Shown here one piece after another: positions 40,022 through 50,715 of a DNA stretch of 64,000 bases. Source of the DNA: a bacterium (GTDB lineage: Bacteria > Cyanobacteriota > Vampirovibrionia > Gastranaerophilales > JBAXKC01); the NCBI GenBank assembly GCA_037137535.1, contig JBAXKC010000003.1:64001-128000 (forward strand), given 5' to 3'. Positions within the stretch are counted from its first letter, which is position 1. Each line of letters opens with the position of its first letter. The translations under genes and the position numbers were made by a program. Below the pieces are notes generated by a model. That model ran no database searches, was not told the origin of the DNA, and saw only the letters and a program-made list of their open reading frames with translations.

Positions 40022-42673
40022 ATGTATAAAAAGGATTTCTTTAAAGTTTTTATTACAACATTTGTTGTATGGCTTGCCTTTTCAAATATATCATTTGCAA
40101 AAACAATTGATAAAGCAGGGATAAAAGTATTTAAACTTGCTAATGGTCAAACATTGGTTGTTAAAGAAGTCCATACAAATCCTATAGTTACTGTTGATAC
40201 TTGGGTTAAAACAGGTTCAATCAATGAAAACGATAAAAATAACGGTGTTTCTCACTTTTTAGAACATTTGTTTTTTAAAGGGACAGAAAAACATATTGCA
40301 GGCGAAGCCGATAAAATCCTTGAAACAAAAGGAGCTGTTTATAATGCAGCAACAAGTAAGGATTTTACTCATTTTTATACGACAATTCCAAGTAAATATT
40401 TGCAAGATGCAATGGATTTACAGTCTGATATGCTTTTAAATGCAACTTTTCCAAATGCAGAGCTTGATAAAGAAAGAAAAGTTGTTCAGGCAGAAATAAA
40501 AAGAGCCGATGATAATGCAGGTTCTATTGTTTTTAATAATTTGAATAACATTATTTTTAAACATCATCCGTATCGATATGAAACTCTTGGAACACCTCAA
40601 ATAATTGGTTCTATTCCTAGACAAAGTATTCTTGATTATTATCATCGTTGGTATTTACCTCAAAATATGGTTACTATTGTGGTTGGTGATGTAGATACAA
40701 ATAAAGTAAAAGCTCTTGTTGAAAAAGACTATGTTGAAAAGCATAAAAGAAAATTTTCAGGACAAATAAAATATCCTAGAGAACCTGAACTGACAAAACC
40801 TGAAAGTATTGTTAAAAAAGGCGATTACAACGTAGCATATCTTGAACTCGGATTTAAAGGAGTTCCTATTACCGACATAAAAGATAATTATTCTTTGGAT
40901 GTTTTAGCAACTATACTTGGAGATGGCGATAGTTCAAGACTTTATCAGTCGTTGAAAGAAAAAACAAATATTGTAACTTCAATAGATGCAGGGCATATGT
41001 CGCTTAAAGATGACAGCGTTTTCTATATCAGCAGCGAGATGAAACCTGAAAATTATAAAAAAGCTAAAGAAGAAGTAATCAAGCAGATAAATAAAGTAAG
41101 AGTAGATGGAATTACCGACGAGGAGCTTAATAGAGCGAAAAAACTTCTTGAAAGACAGTTTCTTTATAACTCTGAATCAGTTGAAGAAATAGCTAATACT
41201 ATTGGTTATTGTATGACAATCAATAATAATCTTGATTGTTATACTGATTATACAGAACAAATTTCAAAATTAACAAAAGAAGATATTAAAAAAGTAGCTG
41301 TTCAATATATTGATACTTCAAAAATGGCTGAATCTTTATTACTTCCACAAAATGCTAATATTGCCGATATAAAACCAAAAAAAGAAGCTTTTAAAAATAC
41401 CGAAAAATATATTTTAAACAACGGTACTATTCTTATAGTTGATAAAAATGAATCAAATAAGACCATTGCTCTTAATGTGTTTTTCAAAGGCGGTAATTTA
41501 AACGAGCCAATACCCGGAATTAATAGCATAATTGCTTCGACTTTAATGAAAGGTACTGCTAACAGAAGTTCTTTGCAGATTGCAAATGAGCTTGAAAATC
41601 TTGGTATAATTATTTCTCCAAGTGCTGATTCTGATTATTTTGAAATAAGCTTAAAATCAACTTACGAAGATTTTAATAAAGCTCTTGATATTCTTGCGGA
41701 TATTATTAATCATCCTAAATTCACTCAAGAAGATATTCAGCAAGCAAAAACAGATATTATTGAAGCATATAAAGCGCAGCAGGATTCACCGTCTAAATTA
41801 GCTTTTGAGGGCTTTTTAAAGACAATTTATCCAAATCATCCTTATGGTTATGATAGCCAACTAATAATCAAAAATCTTCCAAATATTACCAGAGAAAAGA
41901 TATTAGCTTATTACAGCAAGACTTTTGTTCCTCAAAATATGATAATTTCTTCATCAGGAAATATTGATGGTGATAGTTTAAGTCAAAAAATAACTTCATA
42001 TTTTCCTAAAGTTGAAGCCGCAAATGTTGTAACAGAATCTCAATTCGTTCATTCTTTCAGCCCTATTCCTAAAAATAAATTCACTCCTATTTATAAAGAT
42101 GTGAATACCGCTTGGATTGTTTTAGGATGGAAAGCTCCGTCCGTAATGAATGAAAAAGAATATGCAAGTTTAAAGGTCATTAATTCAATATTGGGAAGCG
42201 GTTTAAGTTCAAGGCTATTTGTGGATTTAAGAGAAAAACAAGGTTTAGCTTATGAAATAGCAAGCGTTTACCCGACAAGAGCCGATAACAGTTATTATGC
42301 AATGTATATGGGAACTCAGCCTGAAAGCATTAAAAAAGCCATAGATGGTTTTTTAAGCGAATCGGATAAACTAAAAAAATATGGTGTAACTCAAAAAGAG
42401 CTTGAAGATACAAAGCAAAGAATAACAGGACAATTTTTAATTGCAGAAGAAACCAATCAGGAAAAGTCGCATTATTTAGGTTGGTTTGAAGTGCTGGGCA
42501 AAGGATATCTTTTTAATTATAATTATCCTGCTATAATAAATGCTGTAACCATTGAAGATGTGAAAAATACGGCAAATAAATATCTTAGTGAGCCATATGC
42601 AATAACTGTAATAGCTCCTAAGAACAGTTTAGAGGCAGTGGAAAAGGAATACAATAGTGAAAGTAAGCGTTAA
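40022..42673 (+). CDS. Secreted M16 family zinc peptidase (fused two-half pitrilysin type)
   Basis: Signal peptide, HFLEH inverted zinc motif, SSRLFVDLREKQGLAY in the second half. Confidence 0.93.
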   Translation: MYKKDFFKVFITTFVVWLAFSNISFAKTIDKAGIKVFKLANGQTLVVKEVHTNPIVTVDTWVKTGSINENDKNNGVSHFLEHLFFKGTEKHIAGEADKILETKGAVYNAATSKDFTHFYTTIPSKYLQDAMDLQSDMLLNATFPNAELDKERKVVQAEIKRADDNAGSIVFNNLNNIIFKHHPYRYETLGTPQIIGSIPRQSILDYYHRWYLPQNMVTIVVGDVDTNKVKALVEKDYVEKHKRKFSGQIKYPREPELTKPESIVKKGDYNVAYLELGFKGVPITDIKDNYSLDVLATILGDGDSSRLYQSLKEKTNIVTSIDAGHMSLKDDSVFYISSEMKPENYKKAKEEVIKQINKVRVDGITDEELNRAKKLLERQFLYNSESVEEIANTIGYCMTINNNLDCYTDYTEQISKLTKEDIKKVAVQYIDTSKMAESLLLPQNANIADIKPKKEAFKNTEKYILNNGTILIVDKNESNKTIALNVFFKGGNLNEPIPGINSIIASTLMKGTANRSSLQIANELENLGIIISPSADSDYFEISLKSTYEDFNKALDILADIINHPKFTQEDIQQAKTDIIEAYKAQQDSPSKLAFEGFLKTIYPNHPYGYDSQLIIKNLPNITREKILAYYSKTFVPQNMIISSSGNIDGDSLSQKITSYFPKVEAANVVTESQFVHSFSPIPKNKFTPIYKDVNTAWIVLGWKAPSVMNEKEYASLKVINSILGSGLSSRLFVDLREKQGLAYEIASVYPTRADNSYYAMYMGTQPESIKKAIDGFLSESDKLKKYGVTQKELEDTKQRITGQFLIAEETNQEKSHYLGWFEVLGKGYLFNYNYPAIINAVTIEDVKNTANKYLSEPYAITVIAPKNSLEAVEKEYNSESKR

Positions 42674-43583
42674 AGTTCCTGCTACAAGTGCAAATATGGG
42701 GCCTGGGTTTGATTGTTTCGGCATAGCTCTTTCTATGTACAATACAGTTACATTGGAAGAAACCGTATATCCTACTAATGGACTTGAAATAAATATCTTA
42801 GGCGAACAAGATGAGGCTCTGTCTACATTTACAGTTCCTACGGATAAATCAAATATTGTATATAAAGCGGTAGAACTACTTTATAACTATACAGGGCAGA
42901 CTCCTCCTGCTTTAAGAATAAATATACAATCTAATATTCCTATTGCAAAAGGATTGGGAAGTAGTGCTTCTGTAATCGTGGGCGGTGTTTTAGCGGCAAA
43001 TAAATTGCTTGGAAATCCTGCTGATCAAGAAGCGCTTTTATCTATTGCAAATGAAATTGAAGGACATCCTGATAATATTGCTCCTGCTATGCTTGGTGGC
43101 TTTGTTGTTTCAAGCGTAGAAGATGATAGCAGTATAATTCACAGAAAAATAGAATGGCCTGATAATTGGAAATTAATCATCGGTGTGCCTGATTATGAGC
43201 TTGCTACTCAAATTTCAAGATCAGTATTGCCTGAAAGTGTTAAATTTCAAGATGCGGTTTATAATGCAAAACGTTGCGCAATGTTTGTAGAGGCTCTTCA
43301 TACAAAAGATAAAGAACTTATGAGAGTAGCTCTTCAAGATAAACTTCATCAGCCATATAGAGCAAGATTAGTTCCAGGATTAAATGAAATAACCGAAGAA
43401 CTTAAACAAACAGATGCTATTGGTTGTGTTTTAAGTGGTGCAGGTCCAAGTATTCTTGTTATTGCTGAAAATAATGCAGTAGAAGATGCAAAAATAAGAA
43501 TAAAAGATGTTTGGGAAAGCATCGGTGTTAAGGCTATGATTAAAAGTATTGCAGTTGATACCAAAGGCGCAGTAATTATCTAG
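42657..43583 (+). CDS. thrB: Homoserine kinase
   Basis: VPATSANMGPGFD, PIAKGLGSSAS GHMP motif, EGHPDN, SGAGPS. Confidence 0.96.
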   Translation: MKVSVKVPATSANMGPGFDCFGIALSMYNTVTLEETVYPTNGLEINILGEQDEALSTFTVPTDKSNIVYKAVELLYNYTGQTPPALRINIQSNIPIAKGLGSSASVIVGGVLAANKLLGNPADQEALLSIANEIEGHPDNIAPAMLGGFVVSSVEDDSSIIHRKIEWPDNWKLIIGVPDYELATQISRSVLPESVKFQDAVYNAKRCAMFVEALHTKDKELMRVALQDKLHQPYRARLVPGLNEITEELKQTDAIGCVLSGAGPSILVIAENNAVEDAKIRIKDVWESIGVKAMIKSIAVDTKGAVII

Positions 43584-43606
43584 CAATTTTTAATGCGTTT
43601 GGGTTT
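43581..43606 (+). promoter_or_regulatory. Putative alternative-sigma promoter TAGCAATTTTT...GTTT
   Basis: First 12 nt identical to the site at 13824; 17 nt between GCA and GTTT. Confidence 0.45.
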
Positions 43607-43644
43607 TATTTATATATAAATATTGTGAATCTTTGGAGTTTAAT

Positions 43645-44019
43645 ATGCAAATAGGTTTTAATAGTAGCCAGATAGAGCAAGCAGGGACTGTTGCAAAAAG
43701 AGTAATAAAAGACAATCCTGTTATAAAACGTGGAGAAGCGGTTGTAAAACAACAGCTTGTAGCTCATAGCGGACAAATTGAATCAAGTTTGCCAAAAGTT
43801 TGTAAGCAAATACAAACTTTTGTTCAAGATTCTTTTAAATCTGTGAAAAAGTTTTTTGGAGATGTCTTTGAAGGAATAAAAAATCTTTTTACAGAAAGAG
43901 GAACGATTACAATAAATGGTAAAGTTATACATCCATCTTCAACCTCAGTAACAATAATAGAGAATGGTACCCCAATTCAAGTTGGAAAACACAATGTACA
44001 AGAAATAGTTATTAAGTAA
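43645..44019 (+). CDS. Orphan protein (MQIGFN... N-terminus)
   Basis: GGAG SD before ATG 43645, own terminator; no family recognised. Confidence 0.7.
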   Translation: MQIGFNSSQIEQAGTVAKRVIKDNPVIKRGEAVVKQQLVAHSGQIESSLPKVCKQIQTFVQDSFKSVKKFFGDVFEGIKNLFTERGTITINGKVIHPSSTSVTIIENGTPIQVGKHNVQEIVIK

Positions 44020-44058
44020 AAGATAAATAATTAATTAATACCAACAACATTCAAAATT

Positions 44059-44104
44059 AAAAATCCCAATATTCTTTTCTAAATTGAATATCGGGATTTT
44101 TTTT
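44059..44104 (+). terminator. Terminator, first copy within the duplicated unit
   Basis: AAAAATCCCAATATTC...GAATATCGGGATTTTTTTT. Confidence 0.8.
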
Positions 44105-44276
44105 GTAGCTTATATCACCATTATAGTGTTTGATTAAATTTATCTTTAAAAGATATATGTTTTTTGAGTATAAATCTTAACATATTTATATGGTGCTATT
44201 AGCATTTTAATACCATATTCTGTTTTTATAAATATAGGGTAGAATTAATCGTTAAGTGTAAAAGAGGAGAATTTAG

Positions 44277-44717
44277 ATGTCGATTTCAAAATTAGGAACT
44301 ATGAACAACTTATTTGCAACAACTTCAATTGATACAAGCGTAAAACCACAGGATCTCAAAAAGAATTCAAATAGTGTATGGACAAATTTACCAAATGAAA
44401 AGGCTATTAAGGTTGCTGATATATCTATTAATAATGCTGGCCCAGGAGCACCACCGCTACATCAATCAGTTTCTGCAGGTGATTTTACATGGGCATATGC
44501 TGCAACTGGAGATGGTCCTGGCGTAACCTATATGGATACACCAGGTAGGGCCGTAAAACATATCAGACTTACTCGAGAGCAGGATAGAAGAGCGATACAG
44601 GCTATTGAACAAGTAAGAACAAGATGGGATGATACTCCATACAATTTATTCAACCATAATTGTAGAGGCTTTGCTGAAGAAGCATTTAATGCTGCGAGGT
44701 CGGCGGTTGGGAAATAA
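44277..44717 (+). CDS. Putative permuted papain-fold cysteine peptidase (PPPDE/LRAT-like) with conserved leader
   Basis: LHQSV His strand and YNLFNHNCRGFA (Y-x-L-x3-NC-x2-F) Cys motif; SD GAGGAG. Confidence 0.72.
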   Translation: MSISKLGTMNNLFATTSIDTSVKPQDLKKNSNSVWTNLPNEKAIKVADISINNAGPGAPPLHQSVSAGDFTWAYAATGDGPGVTYMDTPGRAVKHIRLTREQDRRAIQAIEQVRTRWDDTPYNLFNHNCRGFAEEAFNAARSAVGK

Positions 44718-44742
44718 ATATTCAACAAAAGAATTTTAAATT

Positions 44743-44789
44743 AAACATCCTGATTTTTCTTTGATAAAAGAACGTTCAGGATGTTTTTT
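44743..44789 (+). terminator. Terminator, second copy within the duplicated unit
   Basis: AAACATCCTGA...TCAGGATGTTTTTT. Confidence 0.8.
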
Positions 44790-44961
44790 GCATCCTAATA
44801 TATAGTTATTGTAGTATTTGATTTAATTTGCATTCAAAAGATATATATTTTTTGAATACAAATCTTAATATGTTTGTGCAATATTGGCATTTTAATACCA
44901 TATTCTGTTTTTATAAATATAGGATAGAATTAATCGTTAAGTATAAAAGAGGAGAATTTAG

Positions 44962-45432
44962 ATGTCGATTTCAAAATTAGGATCTATGGACAACTTATTT
45001 GCAACAACTTCAAGTAATACAAGCGTAAAACCACAAGAATCACAAAAGAGTGGATCAATTTTTAATCAAAAACCATCTCAAGAAATAGCAGATATTTCAT
45101 TTATGAGAAAAGGACCTAGTACAGGCTATGAACATCAATATGTATATTTTAATGAACTACAGCAGGGATTTGGTTTTGTTCCAAGTAAAGAATTAAATAT
45201 GATAGGACAAGCACCGGGTCATATTCAGGGCGAGAATCGCGATAGAGATGATATTGAAATGAGAAGAATTCCTGCAAATAAAGCGGAAGAACAAAAAGTT
45301 TTAAATTATATGAGACAACAGGGTGCAATAGAAGATTATGATGGCACAGATTATTATTTAACAGGTCGTAATTGTATGACATTTATTAATGAAGTACATA
45401 AAGATGTAGGTAGAGTATTAAATAGACATTAA
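44962..45432 (+). CDS. Second permuted papain-fold cysteine peptidase-like protein with the same leader
   Basis: EHQYV His strand, GFGFVP, YYLTGRNCMTFI Cys motif. Confidence 0.72.
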   Translation: MSISKLGSMDNLFATTSSNTSVKPQESQKSGSIFNQKPSQEIADISFMRKGPSTGYEHQYVYFNELQQGFGFVPSKELNMIGQAPGHIQGENRDRDDIEMRRIPANKAEEQKVLNYMRQQGAIEDYDGTDYYLTGRNCMTFINEVHKDVGRVLNRH

Positions 45433-45457
45433 TCTTTAAAAAATAAATATAGTTATG

Positions 45458-45485
45458 AAATAAGCCTTACTCAGGCTTATTTTTT
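45458..45485 (+). terminator. Intrinsic terminator
   Basis: AAATAAGCCT-TACTC-AGGCTTATTTTTT. Confidence 0.8.
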
Positions 45486-45605
45486 GTTGTACTTATTTAA
45501 AAAGATATGATAAATTAATTTAATTGGAATATATATTTATAACTAATTTTTATCTGGAAAAATAGTTGCAACTATATAGCTATTGAGTCATAAGGATATA
45601 AACTG

Positions 45606-47753
45606 ATGAAGTTACTGGATTTTTGTAAGAGAAAATTCAATCTTAATTCAATTAAATTTAAAATATTTTTCTCGATTTTTATAATAATGCTTATTTCTAA
45701 TGGAATTATTAGTACTATAAGCATAACAAAATCTACAGCTTCGATGGAAAATGAAGTAAAATCGACACTTTTAGTTTCTTCAAAAAATGAATCAAATAAA
45801 GTTGCTTTTTACCTTTTGGAAAAACAAAAAATAGTTGATGGATTAGCAAATACTTTATCTGCGACATTTAATCCGGACAAATTTAATGATGCCCAGTATT
45901 TAAGGAATTACAGGTTAAAAACGTTAGATCCTATTTTAAAAGTTGCAATGCAATCTACAAAGAACGTAACTGGTTTTTATGGAGATATGAACATTGACAA
46001 GCAGAATGTTTTAAAAAATGGTTTTGAATGCGGGGGTTGGTTTTTAGATAAAAATAATGATGGAATTCCTGAAAGGCAGGATGTCTACGATAAGGATCTT
46101 AAATCCTTTTTAAGGGGTAGTGGTCCAGCTATGGATTATTATTATAATTTGGTAGATAAGAAAGATAAATTATCACACTGGGTTGAGCCTAAAATTGATC
46201 CTGAGATGAAAATACCATTAGTTAGCTATATGAAAAAAGCTTATTCAACTCCTGATGATTTAAAGTCAACTTTACTTGGTAGTGTTGGCACTGATATTGC
46301 TCTTACTCGTATTAGAGAAGAAGTTAATAATATTAAAATGTATAAAACAGGATATGCTTTTCTTTTATCACCAAAACTTAATTTTATTGCTCATAAAAAA
46401 TTTACATTAAAAGATAATCTTATAACGGTACAAAAAGGTCTATATAAGCCCCTTGTTAATGCAATTAAGAAAAACAGCTCAGGACTCATTAAAATTAAAG
46501 AAGGAAATGGCGATAAGTTAATTGCTTTTTCGAAGTTATTTAACGGGTTTATCCTTGTTATTTCAGTACCTGAAGTTGAAGCAATGGCTGAAGTTGATAA
46601 TATTAGAAATATTTTGATGATAATAACCATTGTTTTTCTATCATTGTCTACAATTATTGCTTATAAAGTCGGTGATTTTATAGCTTTACCTATTGAAAGG
46701 CTTAATTTATTAATAAAAAAATTATCAAATAATGATCTTTCGATAGAAATTAAGGATGATAATAGTAAATCTGAAATGGGAGAGCTTAATAATTCATTTA
46801 AATTGTTTGTGAATAACTTAAAAAATCTTGTATCTTCAATTAATAATTCCGTTTCTCAAGTTTCATCAAGTGCAGAAGTCTTTGCTGAAACTTCAAGAGC
46901 AACTACTATTGGTTCTCAACAAATAACAGGAGCTATCTCACAACTTGCTGAAGGGGCTACTGATCAGGTTTCCAAGGTGAATATCATATTAGATAATATG
47001 AAAGATATTAATAGCTCAACGAAAGAAGTTCTTGAGTGTGCAGAATATACGTCAACTATTTCTAAAAAAACTTCTAATGATGCGACTATGGGCTATAATC
47101 AATCAAAAGAATCTGTTAAAAAAATGAGAAAAATTATGGAAATTACTCATAAAACAGCAGACTCTATTAATGAACTTGATAATCTTACTGCAAATGTGGA
47201 ATTTATAATTGAAATTATAAATAAAATTGCTAACCAGACGAATCTTCTTGCTTTAAATGCGGCTATTGAGGCAGCAAGGGCAGGGGTGCATGGGAAAGGA
47301 TTTGCGGTAGTAGCAAAAGAAGTAAGGGAATTAGCAGTACAATCTTCTGACTCTACAAAAAAAATATCTGGTTTACTTGCTGAAATTCAGAATAAAACAC
47401 ATATGGCTGTTAAAGAAATGCAAGATAATCTTCAAGAAATTGAAATAGGGATGAGTCAGGTTGAACTTATTGGCGAAGAATTAGAATCAATTTTAAAAGC
47501 TGCCGATTCAACAAATGAATATGTTAATCAAATCACTCAACAAATTCATACTTTAGCTGAAAAATCTAATAATATATCTTTGTCATTAGACAATATTGTT
47601 GCTGTTGCAGAAGAAGCAAGTGCAACAACAGAAGAAGTTGCAGCCGCTTCTGAGCAGCAAATGGCAACTGTTGAAGAAGTTAATGCAACCTCTTCAACTC
47701 TTTTAGAAATAGCGGAAGAGTTAAATCATAAAATATCGGTATTTAAGACATAG
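45606..47753 (+). CDS. Methyl-accepting chemotaxis protein (Cache-like sensor, HAMP, signalling domain)
   Basis: Two TMs, [45 protein letters not shown]. Confidence 0.96.
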   Translation: MKLLDFCKRKFNLNSIKFKIFFSIFIIMLISNGIISTISITKSTASMENEVKSTLLVSSKNESNKVAFYLLEKQKIVDGLANTLSATFNPDKFNDAQYLRNYRLKTLDPILKVAMQSTKNVTGFYGDMNIDKQNVLKNGFECGGWFLDKNNDGIPERQDVYDKDLKSFLRGSGPAMDYYYNLVDKKDKLSHWVEPKIDPEMKIPLVSYMKKAYSTPDDLKSTLLGSVGTDIALTRIREEVNNIKMYKTGYAFLLSPKLNFIAHKKFTLKDNLITVQKGLYKPLVNAIKKNSSGLIKIKEGNGDKLIAFSKLFNGFILVISVPEVEAMAEVDNIRNILMIITIVFLSLSTIIAYKVGDFIALPIERLNLLIKKLSNNDLSIEIKDDNSKSEMGELNNSFKLFVNNLKNLVSSINNSVSQVSSSAEVFAETSRATTIGSQQITGAISQLAEGATDQVSKVNIILDNMKDINSSTKEVLECAEYTSTISKKTSNDATMGYNQSKESVKKMRKIMEITHKTADSINELDNLTANVEFIIEIINKIANQTNLLALNAAIEAARAGVHGKGFAVVAKEVRELAVQSSDSTKKISGLLAEIQNKTHMAVKEMQDNLQEIEIGMSQVELIGEELESILKAADSTNEYVNQITQQIHTLAEKSNNISLSLDNIVAVAEEASATTEEVAAASEQQMATVEEVNATSSTLLEIAEELNHKISVFKT

Positions 47754-47866
47754 TTGCTGATATTTTTTAAAAAATATATTGTACAATTTTATGTTGAGCT
47801 GATTTTAAAGATAAACTTTAAGAGTCTTTTATAAGTGTGGAGTGTAAAATTTGAAAGTCAGATTGA

Positions 47867-47935
47867 TCGGCTTCTCAAAAGTTAGCTGAGCAAGTAAAGG
47901 AATTACAAAAACAGTTTTCTGTTTTCAAAATTTAG
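47867..47935 (+). pseudogene. Relic 3' end of a second MCP gene
   Basis: Translates to SASQKLAEQVKELQKQFSVFKI-stop, resembling the end of the adjacent MCP ([26 protein letters not shown]); preceded by in-frame stops. Confidence 0.6.
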
Positions 47936-47963
47936 AATAGGAATTAATAAAAGGGTTGAATGA

Positions 47964-49385
47964 GTGTTTGTATTAAAAAAAGAAACTAAATCACGTTTTT
48001 TATTCAGTTTGCTTATGTGTTCTGTTTTGTTTGTTGCTCCTGCTTTTGCAGAAGAGCAAGCTAAAACGGTTATCTTAACGTCAAATGAAAATAAACCCGT
48101 AATTGCTGAAGAAACATCAGTGAACACTAAAAACATTCTTCCCGCTATTGATTTAAATAGTACGGGAGAAAGTAAAGATAAAAATATTATTCCTATTCTT
48201 GAACTAAAAGGCGGAGTTAATAAAGAGCATCCTTCTGCTATTAAATCCTGGTTAACAGGGAATTATTTTTCAGGCGATTGGATGGGATTAAGAACAAATT
48301 TGGAAGAGCATGGTATTAATCTTCAAGCTAATTACATTTTCGATAGCTTTGGAAAAACTAGAGGCGGACTGACTAATAAGAATCATTCCAGTGTTTATGG
48401 ACTTCTTGATTCAACATTAACAATAGATACAGAAAAATTGCATTTAATAAAAGGCGGAATAATCGGTACAAGATTTCAGGTAAAACATGGTAACGGTCTG
48501 TCTAATGATTTTGTCGGTGATTATCAAGGCTATGATAACTATGATGGTGATAAAATTGTTCAACTCAGTGAGTATTGGTATGAACAAAGGCTTTTTAAAG
48601 ATTATTTAAAAGTAAAAATAGGAAAACAAGACGCAAATAATGATTTTTGTGCTTTATCCAGCGGTTTTAATATGATGAACTCGTCTTTTTCCTTTATGCC
48701 TAATATTCCACTTCCTTCTTATCCCATTCAGGCATTAGGTGTTGTTACGACTATATCTCCAACAGATTGGCTTTCCTTTAGGCATGGGGTTTTTGACGGT
48801 GAATCAAAAATCAATAGTTTAGGATTTAATACTGCTTTCAATGGAAAAGGCAACATATTTAATATTGAAGAAATTGCTGTAACTCCAACTATAAAAGGAT
48901 ATCGTGGTAAATATATGGTAGGATTATGGAATCATAGCGGTAATACCGATGAAATAACAGCTAGCGATCAAGTAAAAACTTATAATCAAAATTATGGAAA
49001 TTATGTAGGTTTTGAGCAGATGATTTATAAGGAAAATAAAGATTGTGATGATGATCAAGGTGCAACTATTTTAGGACAATACAGTTGGGCTCCTGTAAAT
49101 AGAAATGAAATTCCTATTTATTACGGTTTAGGCCTACAATACAAGGGTTTAATTCCAAAAAGAAACAACGATGTTTTTCTTACAGGTGTTGCTATTGCAA
49201 AGTTAAATCCAAGATTGAGAGATATTGATGAAAGAAGAGGTTGTGAAACAGCTTACGATACTTCTTATAAAATACAATTAACGCCTTGGTGCGCATTACA
49301 ACCTGATATGCAAGTGATTTTTCATCCTAATGGACAAGAAAAAACAGCGTGGTTGTTAGGACTTAGAACATTATTTACTTTTTAA
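47964..49385 (+). CDS. OprB-family carbohydrate-selective porin
   Basis: Signal peptide, SGDWMGLRTNLEEHGI, EYWYEQ, LQPDMQVIFHP, C-terminal Phe. Confidence 0.9.
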   Translation: MFVLKKETKSRFLFSLLMCSVLFVAPAFAEEQAKTVILTSNENKPVIAEETSVNTKNILPAIDLNSTGESKDKNIIPILELKGGVNKEHPSAIKSWLTGNYFSGDWMGLRTNLEEHGINLQANYIFDSFGKTRGGLTNKNHSSVYGLLDSTLTIDTEKLHLIKGGIIGTRFQVKHGNGLSNDFVGDYQGYDNYDGDKIVQLSEYWYEQRLFKDYLKVKIGKQDANNDFCALSSGFNMMNSSFSFMPNIPLPSYPIQALGVVTTISPTDWLSFRHGVFDGESKINSLGFNTAFNGKGNIFNIEEIAVTPTIKGYRGKYMVGLWNHSGNTDEITASDQVKTYNQNYGNYVGFEQMIYKENKDCDDDQGATILGQYSWAPVNRNEIPIYYGLGLQYKGLIPKRNNDVFLTGVAIAKLNPRLRDIDERRGCETAYDTSYKIQLTPWCALQPDMQVIFHPNGQEKTAWLLGLRTLFTF

Positions 49386-49405
49386 GTCATTAAAACTATA
49401 AATTT

Positions 49406-49446
49406 AAAAAAGTATTTGTCTATTATCAGAATAAATACTTTTTTTT
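49406..49446. terminator. Bidirectional terminator between the porin gene and truB
   Basis: AAAAAAGTATTTGT...ATAAATACTTTTTTT. Confidence 0.65.
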
Positions 49447-50329
49447 AAATAAATACATTTTTAGGGCATATCTTTTCTTCGCTGAATTCAGCTACAGAAA
49501 CAAGTTGATCTTGATATATTAATAAAATTCGCTCATTTTCTTTAAAAGAATTATTATTTTGATATAAAAATTGTCCTTTTTTTATTTTTTCAAGTTCAAT
49601 ATCATTTATATTTATTTTATTTAGAGTAAGTTCGTCTAATGGTGCAATTAATATTTCATTAATTTTGTTATTAGAATAAATTTCACTAATATCTTCAAGT
49701 TTAACGGAATTTTTAACAGGAAATTTTCCTGCTCTTGTTCTTATTAGCCCTGATAAAGTAGCACCACAGCCTAATAATTTTCCTAAATCATAAGCTATAG
49801 AACGAACGTAAGTCCCTGAGGTGCAGTCCATATCGACTACTAATACAGGGTGTTCCGTTTCTTGTTCTAAGACTTCAACAAGTTTTATATTCTCTATGGT
49901 TACTTTTCTTGTCGGAATCTCTTCTACTTCAATATTCTCACGAGCATATTCATATAAACGTTTACCTTTATAGTGAATAGCAGAATAAATAGGCGGAGTT
50001 TGAGTAATTTCGCCACTAAATGTTAATAATGCTTTTTCAACGGCTTCTACATCTAAAATAACAGGAGTTGAATGAATAATTTCACCTTCCATGTCATAAG
50101 TCGTAGTTTCTATTCCTAATTTTATAAAAGCTTTATAGGCTTTAGTATCATCAAGATATTGAATCAGCTTTGTAGCCTTGCCGAGACAAATAGGTAAAAC
50201 CCCTTCAGCCATAGGATCAAGAGTTCCTGTATGACCTATTTGTTTCATTTTAAGGATTTTTCTTAATTTACTGATAACATCATGCGAAGTTATGCCTTTA
50301 GGCTTGTAAATGTTTAATATACCAAACAC
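49445..50329 (-). CDS. truB: tRNA pseudouridine-55 synthase
   Basis: KPKGITSHD, GHTGTLDP, QTPPIYSA, GTYVRS. Confidence 0.97.
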   Translation of the reverse strand: MFGILNIYKPKGITSHDVISKLRKILKMKQIGHTGTLDPMAEGVLPICLGKATKLIQYLDDTKAYKAFIKLGIETTTYDMEGEIIHSTPVILDVEAVEKALLTFSGEITQTPPIYSAIHYKGKRLYEYARENIEVEEIPTRKVTIENIKLVEVLEQETEHPVLVVDMDCTSGTYVRSIAYDLGKLLGCGATLSGLIRTRAGKFPVKNSVKLEDISEIYSNNKINEILIAPLDELTLNKININDIELEKIKKGQFLYQNNNSFKENERILLIYQDQLVSVAEFSEEKICPKNVFI

Positions 50330-50333
50330 CTAA

Positions 50334-50684
50334 TTATATTTCGCCTCGTGAAATTTTATCAAGAAGTTCTGTTATCTTGCTTCCACGCTCTAATGAATCA
50401 TCAAGCTTGAAAGAAATAGCAGGAGTATGTCTTAGTCTTATTCTTTTGCTGACTTCTCCTCTCACATAAGAAGTTTTTTCTTCTAATGCTTCGATTGCTT
50501 GTCTTCTTTCTTCTTCAGAACCAAAAACGCTTATAAATACTTTTGCATAGCTGTAATCTGCTGATAAGTCTATATCTATAATTGAAACAATTGTAGGTAT
50601 TCTCGGGTCTCTTAGATTTTTTTGAATTATATCGCTTATCTCACGCATGAGGGCTTTCTTTATGCGGTCTGCTCTTGAGTGCAT
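50334..50684 (-). CDS. rbfA: Ribosome-binding factor A
   Basis: RADRI, LRDPRI, DLSADYSYAKVFIS, LRHTP..F..DDS; start ATG 50684. Confidence 0.96.
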   Translation of the reverse strand: MHSRADRIKKALMREISDIIQKNLRDPRIPTIVSIIDIDLSADYSYAKVFISVFGSEEERRQAIEALEEKTSYVRGEVSKRIRLRHTPAISFKLDDSLERGSKITELLDKISRGEI

Positions 50685-50715
50685 AATTAATTTCTCCCTT
50701 AGTCTCTTAAAAAGG

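Larger units (their letters stand above)
44054..45040 (+). repeat. Direct repeat of about 300 bp, 2 copies (about 44054-44355 and 44738-45040), covering terminator, promoter, RBS and first ~26 codons
   Basis: GCATTTTAATACCATATTCTGTTTTTATAAATATAGG and AAAAGAGGAGAATTTAGATGTCGATTTCAAAATTAGGA present in both copies; start codons 685 bp apart. Confidence 0.92.

Noticed and set aside
44885-44900. Sigma54 promoter at TGGCAT
   Set aside because: The -12 TTGC element is absent, and the sister copy has TAGCA
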